The translations under genes and the position numbers were made by a program. From Eledone cirrhosa (taxonomy: Eukaryota): 64,000 nucleotides of DNA. Below, one piece after another: positions 51,965 to 64,000 of the stretch (position 1 is the stretch's first letter; each line of letters begins with the position of its first letter). The notes beneath the pieces are model-generated. The model ran no database searches and was not told the DNA's origin. It saw only the letters and a list, made by a program, of their open reading frames with translations. The stretch spans positions 81,778,001 through 81,842,000 of the forward strand of contig OZ024746.1 of assembly GCA_964016885.1 (NCBI GenBank). Reading direction: 5' to 3'.

Positions 51965-52190
51965 GGGCTAATGAAGAATTAAAGCTAATGGTGAGTAAAG
52001 GCTATTGAAGAGTGGAGGCTATTGAAGAGTGGAGGCTATTAAAGAGTGGAGGCTAATGAAGAGTGGAGGCTAATGAAGAGTGGCAGTTGGGATTGAAGGC
52101 TGATGAAGAGTGGAGGATAAAAGTGAAGGCTAATGAAGAGTGGAGGATAAGACTGAATGCTATTAAAGAGTGAAGACTAATGAAGAGTAA
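51965..52190. repeat. 17-bp minisatellite
   Basis: TGAAGAGTGGAGGCTAA repeats (GGCT at 52017, 52034, 52051). Confidence 0.85.
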
Positions 52191-52838
52191 ATGCTGCTAT
52201 CATCTTCTTAGGAAGAAACATTGTTAGAAGTGACAAGCAAAGATAAAGTAAAGCAATCTACATTTCAATAGAGGCAACCTGAAGACAGTTTTATTCTTTT
52301 GATAATACAAAAGGCTAAGAATGGACACTAATCTTACTTGAAATTTAGTAAAGGTGCTATATTTTATTTTCATTAAAGCCTAATAATCCGCTGGAGTGCT
52401 TAAACACAAGAAAATCTTTTAATGATGTTCTATTTGAAAAGAAATCTAATTATTTGTAAAGAAAAGGAATAAAAAAAAAAAAAAAGGGTAAGTGAACTGC
52501 AGCAATAAGTTTTCTTGATTAAGTTGAAAGAACAGTAAAACATTAAAACAATTAAGGTAATATGACAACAGCAACAACAGCATTCAGAAATAAACTAACG
52601 ACTTTAACACAACTGAGTTAATTGACACAAATGCAGATATGAACATATTCAAGGACATATATCAGTATACACTGTGTGTACACTTAAATATACACATATA
52701 CACAAAAGAAAACGAATAAACAGACATGGGTGAAGGACACAAAGGACATTGAACCAGGGCGGAATGTCACTACGCAGTCACTTGACTTGGTAGAAATAGC
52801 AGCAAAATCTCTCTCAGATGACACCCTTCTATCTTAAA

Positions 52839-53047
52839 CCCTTTAGCATTTAAACCTGCTGTATCCAGCCAGAATTCTCTCATCTCATTCTGTTGAAAAC
52901 AGCTGTAACTGGCTGCTCATACTTATGTTAAGGTATTGTTCTCAAAATAAATAACATCAAAATCTCATAGATTTTGATGTTATGTGAGATAAAGCCTTTA
53001 CCATGAAAATATGATAGTAAATATAGAGTAATATGAATGCTAAAGGG
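52839..53047 (+). mobile_element. piggyBac-type MITE family A inserted at a TTAA in a family 3 repeat
   Basis: CCCTTTAGCATTT...GAATGCTAAAGGG-TTAA; the host repeat resumes afterwards. Confidence 0.85.
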
Positions 53048-53574
53048 TTAAGAAAAGGGACAACACATAGGACAATGAAGATATACAAAAAGACAACATG
53101 GTCATGATCAGAACACCTTTGATTATAGGTCTGCTGTATAAGAAACATACATACAAAACACACTTCATATGAAATGTAGTAGATACATCCTTGTTTATAC
53201 ACACACACTGTTAATAGTAGCAAACAGTGAAAGTAGACTTAGTTCCTAACATATACTTTTGTCTAGTCCTTGATTATGAATCATTAATATGTCAAAAGGA
53301 GTGGATTTATAGTTTGAGGTTTCAGTCAGTATTTACCTACATAGCATCACTCACTCCTTTCCCCATAACTTTTGACATGTCTCAGATTTTCTAAAAAAAC
53401 ATCTATCTAAATGCATTACTGTCCTCATAGAGACCCAAATAAATTTCCATTCCCCACTGGAAAAACCCTATTGGCAACATGTAATCAGACATGCTTGCTG
53501 TACAGGTCAGATGTATTATGAGCCAGAGATGTAATCACTGAAAGCTGTTCAACACTGCCAAACAATTTTATAAA

Positions 53575-53890
53575 CTGATGTGTAATGTTAATGTGTATGA
53601 ATGACAAAGCATCAATGAGCTGCGAGAAAAGTTGGGAATAAGAAGAATCAAATGCAGTGTGCAGGAGAGAAGAGTGTGCTGATATGGATGATGATTGTTG
53701 AGAGAAGCATTAAAAAATCCCAGTAGAAGAAAGCAATTGAGAGACTTGGGAAGCAGTTGAGAGAGCTGAAACTCACAGAAGAGACGACAAAGGACCACGA
53801 TGTGTGGAGGAATGTTGTGCTGGAAATAACTCATCTGACCCATACAAGCAAGGAAAAGTGGACATAAAATGGTGATGGTGATGATGATAC
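53575..53890 (+). mobile_element. Degenerate RTE LINE 3' end with (GAT)n tail
   Basis: Colinear with 50750-51090; ends CCCATACAAGCAAGGAAAAGTGGACATAAAATGGTGATGGTGATGATG. Confidence 0.8.
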
Positions 53891-54613
53891 TAGACGATGG
53901 TAGTCACTAGGAAGTATTAATTTAACACAAAAGGCTAAACCAAAAAGTTATTGGTTCAAACTATTGTTAAATGTCCTGTTTTGTAAAAAAACATTAACAA
54001 AGTGTTTAAGAATTTTTATGAAAAGCATTTAGTAGCAAAATACGACTAGGCAAGAAAACTCAAAATCAGAATAGGCTATTTCCATACCATGTGCTCTCAC
54101 TGACTTGGATTTTAATCTAAAATAACCTTCAGATCAAGACTGTTTCTATGCACACAATAAACTGTCACGTGCTGTTTAAGGTAATACAATGCATAATTAA
54201 AATTGCCCCCTTTTTGTCGAGACAACATTATATTCTGTAAACAGTACTTATAATGTGTCAACTAGAAAAACTGAAAATATCTAAGACAGAAAAATTATAA
54301 TAATCCAGTTTCTGGTCATTTTCCCTTGGCTTTTAATTTAAATATAGGTAAATGATTTTATATACAAGGAGTAAAAAAGAATGATGCAAATATTAGTCCA
54401 ACTTGCATTGCCATAAAAATTAAATTAACCCTTTCACATATCACAATACATATATATATATCTATATATATATAATACATATAAAAATGAGAAAACTCGT
54501 TGCTAGAACAGCCTGAGACCAGGGAGACGACACATTATTGGAATACTCAATACATGGGAAAATGCAGAGTAGGTATATATAGAGAGAGAGAAGTGGTAAA
54601 CAACAGTTAGTTC

Positions 54614-54665
54614 ACCATACCGAGAACAGTTGTTTCACCTTAGCGGATCTTCAGCTCGTACTGGT
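54614..54665 (-). ncRNA. Minimal type I hammerhead ribozyme motif
   Basis: Minus strand ACCAGTACGAG-CTGAAGA-TCCGCTAAGGT-GAAA-C-AACT-G-TT-CTCGGTATGGT; stem I GAG/CTC extends to ACCA..TAC / GTATGGT. Confidence 0.75.
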
Positions 54666-55020
54666 CATGGTTATACGGAACAGGAAGAACCGTATGAACG
54701 TGTATGCGCAGAAACGGTTACTTCACCCAAGCGATAAAAAGCCACGGGCGAAAGGTGTAAGGGAGATAACTGCAAAAGTCGGAAAAATGTTCGAGTTGAT
54801 AAGAAAATTAGAACATTGTCCACATGTCTGGAAACACCTCTTACATAACTACAAATCTCCGGATTGAAAAACAACATTCTATTTTTCTTATCAACTCAAA
54901 CATTTTTTCTGACTTTTGCAGTTGTCTCCCTTCGCCCGTGGCTTTGTATCGCTTGGGTGAAGTGACCGTTTCTGTGCATGCGCGTTCATATGGTTGTTCT
55001 TCCTGTTCCCTATAACCATG

Positions 55021-55072
55021 ACCAGTACGAGCTGAAGATCCGCTAAGGTGAAACAACTGTTCTCAGTATGGT
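55021..55072 (+). ncRNA. Minimal type I hammerhead ribozyme motif
   Basis: ACCAGTACGAG-CTGAAGA (55032-55038)-TCCGCTAAGGT-GAAA (55050-55053)-CAACTG-TT-CTCAGTATGGT. Confidence 0.75.
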
Positions 55073-56191
55073 GAACTAACTGTTGTGTTACCACTTCTAC
55101 CTAACTCGTCCCATGAACTGAGTGCTCTACCGCTACGGATATTACTTTCCAATGTTCTACCTATATGTATATATATACTTCATCAAAATTATTGTGCATA
55201 TGATAGTAAGTGGAATATATGAATTAGTGCAAAATGTAGGGGGACAAATTATCCTTAATTCCATTTTAACTTTTGGTAAATTCCCCTTTTTCATTTTTAC
55301 TTTTGATATATTCAATTTTTTCCATTTTTCTGTATTTTATGGGTAAATTGCAATAATTTATACTATAAATATTATTCAAACAGAAAGAAATTACCAAGTT
55401 TTAGGAAAATATTAGCCACAAAAATTGTTCTGCTATGGTCCATAGAAAAGTAGTTTGCAGGCTGCATGTTTGAAACCCCTGGTACACGGGCTGAATACCC
55501 CTAATTCAGTCAGTAGAGGTCCATTAACCTTACTAAAGAACTACCCACTGCTACTATTAGTACTAATAGTAGTATAGAAAGAATGATAGGAACATATTTA
55601 GAATGACTACTATGTACAACTATGTCTCATTATATAAGAAAAAAACTTTTTCATAGGAACAACAACAACAATTTTAAATAGCTATAAGGGTTTGAACCAG
55701 TTTTTTCATATTATTGTGTTGCTTTTTAATTTTATTATTAGTATTGTTATTGATATATATATATATATGTATATATTTATATGTGCATGTGTGTGAGTGC
55801 ATGTGTGTGTGTGTATATATCTATATATATAGAGATATATACACACACACACATACACATTTGGTTGTTAAAGTTGTGGTTATGTTGCTATTTAATTTCA
55901 TAGTTAGTGTTGTAGCTGTTTAATCCTACTCTTAGTGTTGTTGCAGTTATTGTTATTGTTGCTGTTTAAAGTTGTCATTTCTTCTTCCTCCTATTTAGTT
56001 TCAGTTTCTTTATTCTCCTTCTCTACACCCCACAAAGCTTAGTCAAACCAAACCAGGGCTATCATCTATCTATAATAGAGACAACAGACATATAGAGATT
56101 ACTGTAGCAGTGGATGAAATATCAAGACACAAACTTAAACAACAAATAAACAATTGTTGGTATTCTTTTTAATCCTGTCTTCTAACTGATT

Positions 56192-56237
<46 letters not shown>

Positions 56238-56653
56238 GTATTTGTGTGTACATATGTATATATATATATATATCTGTGTGTGTATATATACATATATACA
56301 CACACAGATATATATATACATATATACACACACACACATATATATATACACATATATACACACAAACACACATATATAAATGTGTGTGTGTGTGTGTATG
56401 TATATATACATACATATATAGATATATTTAGATATTTAGATATTTAGTGATATAAAAGAAAACATGGACAATGCATGTCCAGAGTTATGACAGACTGTCA
56501 AAATGAAAACCTACTAAACAACAAGTAACTGATTAAAACACCAGTGTTTCTCTCACACACACACACAAATATCTTCAAATATCTTAAAGAAATCTAAAAA
56601 GTGTGTGGAGACTTCTGGTGTCCTCGGCCCCAGGGCTACCTCCTTACTCACCA

Positions 56654-56771
56654 CCATAGGTGCTGAGCTGGCCAGCCACAGATGTGAGCCCCGCGAGTTG
56701 AAGTGGCTCTTCCATAGGTGCTGAGCTGGCCAGCCGCAGGTGTGAGCCCCGCGAGTTGAAGTGGCTCTTCC
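56654..56771. repeat. 58-bp tandem duplication in a GC-rich island
   Basis: CCATAGGTGCTGAGCTGGCCAGCC...GAGTTGAAGTGGCTCTT at 56654 and 56712. Confidence 0.9.
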
Positions 56772-57446
56772 AGCATGTCTCCCTCGCCGTCCTCCCGGGA
56801 AATGCCTTCTCCATTCTGTCCGCCAGGGCTGTGGGTGGGCCCCATCACGTACCCCCCCAAAAATGTATTCAATTAATTTTTGCTCAGGAGTTGATCCCAG
56901 GACAAGACAACAACAATAACAACCACAAATAAAAACCAAAAGTGTGTGAGTGGTATGGTTTATGCAATCTGTGTATAAGCCAATGAGGAAACCTCTATGA
57001 TCGACATGCTAGAAATAGTAGCAAATTATCCTTTAGGCAACTTTTAAAAAAGGAAGGCCACATTGGATAATGTAGTCCTAGACAATCTACAGTGAAGGCC
57101 TATTGGTTAGGATGTTGGTCTCACAATATTTAGCGTGTGTGTTCAATTCTCAGATCAGATGCTGCAGTGTATCCTCAAGTAAAGCCCTTCATTTCACGTT
57201 GTTCCAGTTCATTAACCTGAGGATGAATACCTAAAGTGAGTCTTATACTCTCAGTTATTTAATGCCAGATAAGCTGACATGATATGCCTCAGAAACATAT
57301 TATGCTTGATAAAAAAAAAAAAAAAGAAAGAAACAGACGGGATGGTCACAGCTGGAATTCCTTTGATCATATGGTTGGGACTGACCAGGAACTAAACATT
57401 TGCTACCGGTAAGATGGTCTCCAATGTATGACATATTTTATATTAA

Positions 57447-57676
57447 CCCTTTCTTTCTAATGAAAGACACTGCCCATAATTTTCAAATAATTTTTTAAAT
57501 AATCAAGACTTTGTAGAGATTTAGAAATATAACTAATTTTCTTATTAATTTGGTTTTAAGGAACATAATTTCACAAGTCTCTTATATAAAATTATTGTGG
57601 AAGGTTTTTATATAAATTTAAAAGTTTTTTCATCATAGAATGAGGGGCAGTTTCGGGCAATTTGGTATCAAAAGGG
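57447..57676. mobile_element. piggyBac-type MITE family B
   Basis: TTAA-CCCTTT...AAAGGG-TTAA; related internal sequence at ~22695-22900 and ~30355-30520. Confidence 0.7.
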
Positions 57677-58174
57677 TTAAAGAAGGGCATTGATAATGAT
57701 GTTCATGATGATATTTTTATATATATAATGACGAAAATAATAAAAGTGATGATGATAATGACTGCCACCACTTCCCTACATTTGTGGTTTAATCACCTAG
57801 CTAATGGCAAATGACAAGACCTCTTCTCAGCTCTGTTAACCTTTTCTTTGCAAACCATTAATGAAATAGACTTCAGCTGCCAGAAACAGCTGTTGGCAAA
57901 CAAAAAAACAAAAAAAAAAAGAACTACCAACATCATCTAAAATTAAAAAAGATCATAAGAAATAGTGATCTATCTAACTCCATTTTCATGGCAGAGAGGA
58001 ATGCTAAATCTCACTTTTATTAGAAGCATACAAGTTGTTGCTGAAAGAATCATTTCTAGAAGCACTGGTAGCTTTAAGATATAAGACAAAGTTTAAAAAC
58101 ATAACCATTTGAGTAGTAGTAGTTTAGCCATAGGTCAGTTATAAATGTACAAACTTGTGTTTAACAGCATTTAA

Positions 58175-58570
58175 TCATTTAGCATTTAAACAGGCCATAT
58201 CCAGCCAAAATTCTCTCACCTCTTTCTATTCAAACCAGCTGTAACCAGTAACCGGCCACTCATACTAATGTTAAGGTAGTGTCCTCAAAATGAATAATAT
58301 CAAAATCTCATAGATTCGATATTATGTGAAATAATTGTGTAAGATTACCATGAAAATATAATAGTAAATAATTGTTTCTACTTTAGGCACAAGGCCAGCA
58401 ATTACCCAGTTCATTACTCGTACTTTATTGTATCGACCCCGTAAGGATGAAAGGCAAAGTCAACCTCGGCGGGATTTGAACTCAGATCGTAAAGGGACGT
58501 AACTATGCTGGAAAGCATGGCGTCCGACCCTCCACCGATTCTGCCAATCCACAATGTGAATGTTAAAGGG
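58175..58570 (+). mobile_element. MITE family A interrupted by a family 2 SINE (58366-58552, minus)
   Basis: MITE body to ~58368, a complete SINE, then the remaining AATGTGAATGTTAAAGGG-TTAA. Confidence 0.85.
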
Positions 58571-60286
58571 TTAAGCCATTACTCAGTATATGATCAAAGG
58601 TATTCAAGCAGTGACATGATAACCAACATAATTTTGTTACCCTCCCATTTAAAAAAAAAAAAGTTTGCCATGGACAACATTATTGAACGTATTCCTTTCT
58701 TTACAATAGTAGATTGTGATTTTTCTTTATTGCTTAGTCAGGATGAGGAGCAATGGCCCCTGAACCATTTCAAAGCTGTCAAGACTTGTTGAAGGGAAGA
58801 AGGAGGGTACTAGTAAACTGAAAATCTGGTCCAAATGCTTGTAACAGAGTGAAGTGTGCCACAGGAAACCAAAAGCCAGGTGGTTAAACCTGGTGACAGA
58901 TTAGGTCTATCACCTAAGCCATGATAGTATTTGATCACAGAATGCAAAGATACAGAACAAATAACACTAAAGCATCCTCCTGTCCAAAATGCTAACACTT
59001 CAGTCAATTCACTGTCATCATTATCATCATCATCATCGTTTTCACATCCATTTTTTTTTTCCATGATTGCATGGGTTAGATGGGTCCTTTTCAGCACAGA
59101 ATCTCTCCACTCACCATGTTCCTTTGTTACCTCCTCTGAGAGTTTCAGCAATTTGAAATCAGCTCTCATCACCTCAATGTCTTAGCTAATATTTCTAACA
59201 GATAGAATAGCTATGTAGAGGCTCCTTCATTCTCAGTTGGTTAGTAGTAGTAGTAGTAGAAGTAGTAGTAGTAGTAATATTCTTGTTTTATAACCTCACA
59301 GCCATCAAGACTTCGAATAAACAATGAAAATACAATTCATCAAAAGATGACATCCATCCATGTAGTCTTACTACTAAATTTAATCAACTGTCCCATATTG
59401 GAAATATTTACACAAACAGTTTACTCAGCTGTAGAAATGAGATGATAGGGACTGGGGTCCATATCATTCCACTGCAAAGTGGTGATGGAGGTGCCACGGC
59501 AAAAAAGCACCCACCACTCACTGTAAATGAGGTTGGTGTTAGGAAGGGCATCCAGCTGTAGAAATCAAGCCAGACTCAGTTCCCGTCTCAACCTTGCAAG
59601 CAGGGAAAAAGCGGACGTAAAATGAAATTCAACATAAAAGGCAAGAATCTAAAGAGAAAAAAAAAACTGCCATGAGATTGAAATTTATTTCAAAGACAAA
59701 AGGTAAAAGTTAAATAATAAAATTTTAGAGAGCTTCCAGTGTTTAGTAACTAAAAAGTAAAGAACAAAAAAATTTTTTTCAGGCAAAAATTTAATAAAGG
59801 ATTCATTTGTACACAGTGGAAATTAATAAGTTTTTGTTCAAACTATCTTTTTTTTTTAATAATTTTAAAAGCCATACAATGCATTAGAAAATTAAAGGTG
59901 CCAAGATAACAATAGAATCTTACCTTAGCAAATTTTGTTTTTTTATTAAGTACAGGGGTTCTTATAAACTACTTTCGCCTTAACTCAAAATTGTTGGTCT
60001 TGTCCCTATGTTAGAAAGAATTATTAATAATAATACTTGAGCAATACTTTATTTTATCCCAAACCTAATGATAGGCCAAGTTGACCTGAGCAGGATTTGA
60101 ACTTAGAACATAAATAATAACTGTTTCTACTTTTAGCACAAGGCCAGCAATTTGAAGGGAGGGGAAAAGTCGATTAAATCAACCCCAGTGCGTTACTGGT
60201 ACTTTATTTTATCGACCCTATAAGGATGAAAGGCAAAGTTAACCTCAGCAGGATTTGAACCTAGATCTGTGTGGTTACTAATAACA

Positions 60287-60505
60287 AGTGTAGTGAATAA
60301 AGGAAACACAAACATAGAGATAGACATTTCCCCTCTTCCGTTGTCTGCTGTGGGTCGCGGATGTTTTGACGCATTAAAAACAATACATCTATCCTCAGTG
60401 CGTTAATAACTTAGAAAGTTATTAAGGAAAGAAAAGCTGAAAAGGAGACAACTGAAGAGGGGAAATGTCTATCTTTCTGTTTGTGTTTCCTTTATTCATT
60501 ACACT
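60287..60505. repeat. Fold-back element (~60 bp arms) before (TA)n
   Basis: 60287-60346 pairs with 60446-60505. The loop on the minus strand has CTGAGGA-TA-GATGTATT..AATGCGTC-AAAA (degenerate hammerhead core) and a second small hairpin at 60404-60425. Confidence 0.85.
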
Positions 60506-60524
60506 ATATATATATTCATTACAC

Positions 60525-60580
<56 letters not shown>

Positions 60581-61225
60581 TAAATAACCCTAAAACATCA
60601 CATATTATTTAAAGTTTGGTGAAGAATTATGATGAAAGAGAATATTACTTTTTTACTGTTCCTAAAACAATGGTTTATGAACTAGTAATACTAATGATAA
60701 TCTATTGTACACTGTTGAAATTGGGAAAACATTCTGAATGTGATTACATCAATGACTTTTGAAGCAACTAACACTAACTCATACGAATATTAATAATAGA
60801 CTAATTATACTTAGACTTCAGCTCATTTATGAAATACTGGTAAGAGTTGGGAAACACTTTGTTTCAGATTGCTGTTTAATGATAGAGAAGTTTCAATGGT
60901 GAGCTGCTAAACATCTGGATATAGAATGGAAAATTAACAAAGAAACACACACACACAAAGAAGCACAACATTACAGCAAATATAAATAATTTTCTAACAG
61001 ATGGTAGACTATAAAATACTACTGAGGTAGTTAGTGTATATGGTTAGGAGACCTTAGTTATAATGAAAGTTTACCCAAAGCCTGCTGTGTGTATCATATA
61101 TATATAATTGATGTGTACACACATATATATATATATATATATATAACCCTCTTCCTGCTATTTCAAGCATTAAACTAATATATTCCTTCCATATACTGTA
61201 CTGATTCTGTTGTTATTTCTGTTCA

Positions 61226-61277
<52 letters not shown>

Positions 61278-61813
61278 CACACATGCAGATATATACATAC
61301 AGAGAGCTATATATCTGTGTATGCTAAGTGGTCTCCCCTGTTCAAGGTCATGTGATACAGCAGCACAACTGTACAACTACTATGGTGTAGTAGTGTCTGG
61401 GTAGCTTGTTGAAAGTAGCATGTATTGAATGAATGCCTGCTGAGGATGATGGTGCTAGTTCAAAATGCTTATGCAATACCTTATTAGGTGCATTTACAGC
61501 TTGTGGATGAACAATCACAACTTGTGACTGCACAAGGGATGGTGCATCAGAAACCATTACAGTCCTAGTAATATACAAATTCTCTTGCCTTTGGTATTCA
61601 TTGATATTGTTGCGTCCTATTGTAATTGGCATACATGCAGTGAAAATTTTATTCATGATGTTTTCCTCAATATTGTAACTGAGTCCACTCTGATGCCAAG
61701 AATTTATTTCTCACATCATTGAGTGTATAGGAACTACCTCAAATTTTTTCAACTTGTGTTGCTGAAGGGCAAATATAACTTCAATGCACTACTATAAATA
61801 TATATACATACAT

Positions 61814-62158
61814 GGAGGCACATGGCTTAGTGGTTAGAGCATTGGCCTTGCAATCGAAAGGTTGTGAGTTCAATTCTCAGACCGGGTGATGTGTTGTTTC
61901 CTTGAGCAAGACACTTTATTTCACATTGCTCCAGTTTACTCAGCTGTAGAAATGAGATGATAGGGACTGCGGTCCCTATCATTCCACTGCAAAGTGGTCG
62001 TGGAGGTGCCACAGCAAAAAAGCACCCAGCACTCACTGTAAAATGAGGTTAGTGTTAGGAAGGGCATCCAGCTGTAGAAATCAAGCCAGAATCAGTTCCC
62101 GTCCCACCCTTGCAAGCAGGGAAAAAGCGGACGTAAAATGAAATGATGATGATGATGA
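61814..62158 (+). mobile_element. Family 1 SINE, full length with (GAT)n tail
   Basis: A and B boxes, CORE-like domain and RTE-type tail. Partial copies at ~59420-59630 (+) and ~63390-63480 (-). Confidence 0.92.
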
Positions 62159-62363
62159 CACATACTTTCAAAGTTGGGTAAGCATCTTCTCAAGTTTAAT
62201 CTGCTGGGTCTGGGGTTTATGTTTCTGCAGGTCCAGCCCATGCCAGCATGAATAGTAGACATTGTACGATGATGATAAACAAATGTCACTGTCCATATGA
62301 GTATTAAATGTGAAGAGAGACAAACACATACATACAAACATACACACACAAGCACGCAAACAC

Positions 62364-62398
<35 letters not shown>

Positions 62399-62399
62399 A

Positions 62400-62432
<33 letters not shown>

Positions 62433-62782
62433 GGTACGTTATTCCGGGTTGAATCGGAGGTAACCACAGTAAGTAAGGTACTCAATACATAGCAGAGTAT
62501 AAAGATGGCGTAAGCATACAATGCAACAAGAGGAAACATAATCGCAACACTGACGATGTTGCAGATGTGCAACAAAAGAACTTTGATAGACTATATATAT
62601 GTGTTTGTGTCTATATTGTATCTGTATTTTTGACCGTTGGTCAGTCAATGGCAACATTGAGGACCGAATAAATTAAATTAACCGATATAAAAGACACAGA
62701 AGCGAAAACCAACCAAACAGTGAGTGTGTTCTGTTATTAATTCTGGCAATACTATTACACAAATATGATCCTCCCCAAGTAT

Positions 62783-62829
<47 letters not shown>

Positions 62830-62939
62830 TACACACATACACGAGTGAATTACCTCCAATAATGTGAATAACCTATTGATGGACTAGCATCATGAAACTT
62901 AAATATTTTATGAAAATGTATGCCAAATTTATTAAGTAT

Positions 62940-63010
<71 letters not shown>

Positions 63011-63060
63011 TAAACCTTGATGACTCTCCTTGAGACGTAGGAAGAGTATATTAGAATTAA

Positions 63061-63276
63061 AAGAAAAATGACAAAACTCAATGCTAGAACAGCCAAATAC
63101 TGTCAAAAACAGCAATGGGCAAAAATGCCTCAGAGGACAGGGACCAGCGCCCAGTGATCGGCAGATGAAATATAGAAAAGATAAGTTCACACACACATCT
63201 TCACCTAAATACTGTCTTTGACAGTATTTGGCTGTTTTAACGGGTGTTCTAGCATTGAGTTTTCTCATTTTTCTTT
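63061..63276. repeat. Fold-back element downstream of a long (TA)n
   Basis: AAAAATGACAAAACTCAATGCTAGAACAGCCAAATACTGTCAAA pairs with TTTGACAGTATTTGGCTG..TTCTAGCATTGAGTTTTCTCATTTTT. A related terminus occurs at ~54482-54512. Confidence 0.8.
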
Positions 63277-64000
63277 GAATCATCATCATCATCACCGTTT
63301 TATGTCCGTTCTTCCATGCTAGCATGGGTTAGACGGGTTGTCCTGTTGTGGGTAGTGTCTGGTCGGCTGACCATGCCTTGCTCATACAGGAACTGATTTT
63401 GGCTTGATTTCTACAGCTGGATGCCCTTCCTAACACCAACCTATTTTACAGTGAGTGCTGGGTGCTTTTTTCCGTGGCAAAATAAACTCTACTCTATTAT
63501 CAATACTGGATCCTACCTCCCTTTTAAGACCACTATGACTACTAGATCTGAACATTATCTATTTATATATATATAGTAATATTAAATACAAAGACTAAAA
63601 TTTGAAGAGGACTCGATAAGGATTATATATATATAACTATAGTAGAAAACTAATGGTTAAGGTGTCACGCAGAATAATGGAAACAGAAACCATATGATCA
63701 CTTCACAACCACATAGTTTTCGGTTCCCTCCCTCTGTGTCACACTTTCAGCAAGGATCTTCTACATAGCACCCTCCAGAAGCTTGTTCCATAAGCCAATG
63801 ACCAAACATAGAAAATTACAGTCCCAATTTGTGGGTTTCATAATCAGTTAGTAGAGAGTGTGTTATATGTGTGTTGTAAGTAACAATGTAAGACAATGAC
63901 AATGATTCTGATTATGATGGTGATAGTAGTAGTAAATGTAAGAAGATTATCTATTTGTTTATTTTCTATTGTACTTGCTCAACAATAGTATCATTGGTTA

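Larger units (their letters stand above)
54589..55098. mobile_element. Fold-back element with ~230 bp arms, each with a hammerhead (inverted pLTR-like)
   Basis: 54589-54819 is the reverse complement of 54871-55098 with scattered mismatches; flanked by TA-rich tracts. Confidence 0.9.

Noticed and set aside
60451-60470. CTGAAGAGGGGAAATGTC as a hammerhead
   Set aside because: No room for stem II between CTGAAGA and GAAA, and the mirror arm differs at the core.

Overview
AT-rich, microsatellite-saturated eukaryotic DNA. The SINE families (tRNA head plus CORE-like or Nin/Deu-like domains, RTE-type tails) and repeat style suggest an octopus or other coleoid cephalopod; this is an inference from family resemblance, not a database result. 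I found no intact protein-coding gene or convincing host exon, and almost all listed ORFs are translations of (TG/TA/GA)n tracts. The window is a layered graveyard of mobile elements: a Helitron 3' end, Tigger/pogo, mariner and hAT transposase remnants, TTAA-flanked piggyBac-type MITEs, RTE, CR1 and Tx1-like LINE fragments, and many SINEs. The most notable unexplained structure is a recurring set of short non-coding elements, mostly embedded in (TA)n tracts. They form 45-230 bp fold-back inverted repeats and carry complete, degenerate or half type I hammerhead ribozyme motifs (best cases 7076-7126, 54614-54665, 55021-55072; core only at 28874-28901). They look like a Penelope-like pLTR/retrozyme system that leaves hairpin insertions. 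Also notable: a 52-bp satellite with a 310-bp higher-order period born inside a SINE, a SINE/RTE LINE shared 3' tail visible in the window, and an old inverted duplication whose ~100-bp core is much better preserved than its flanks.
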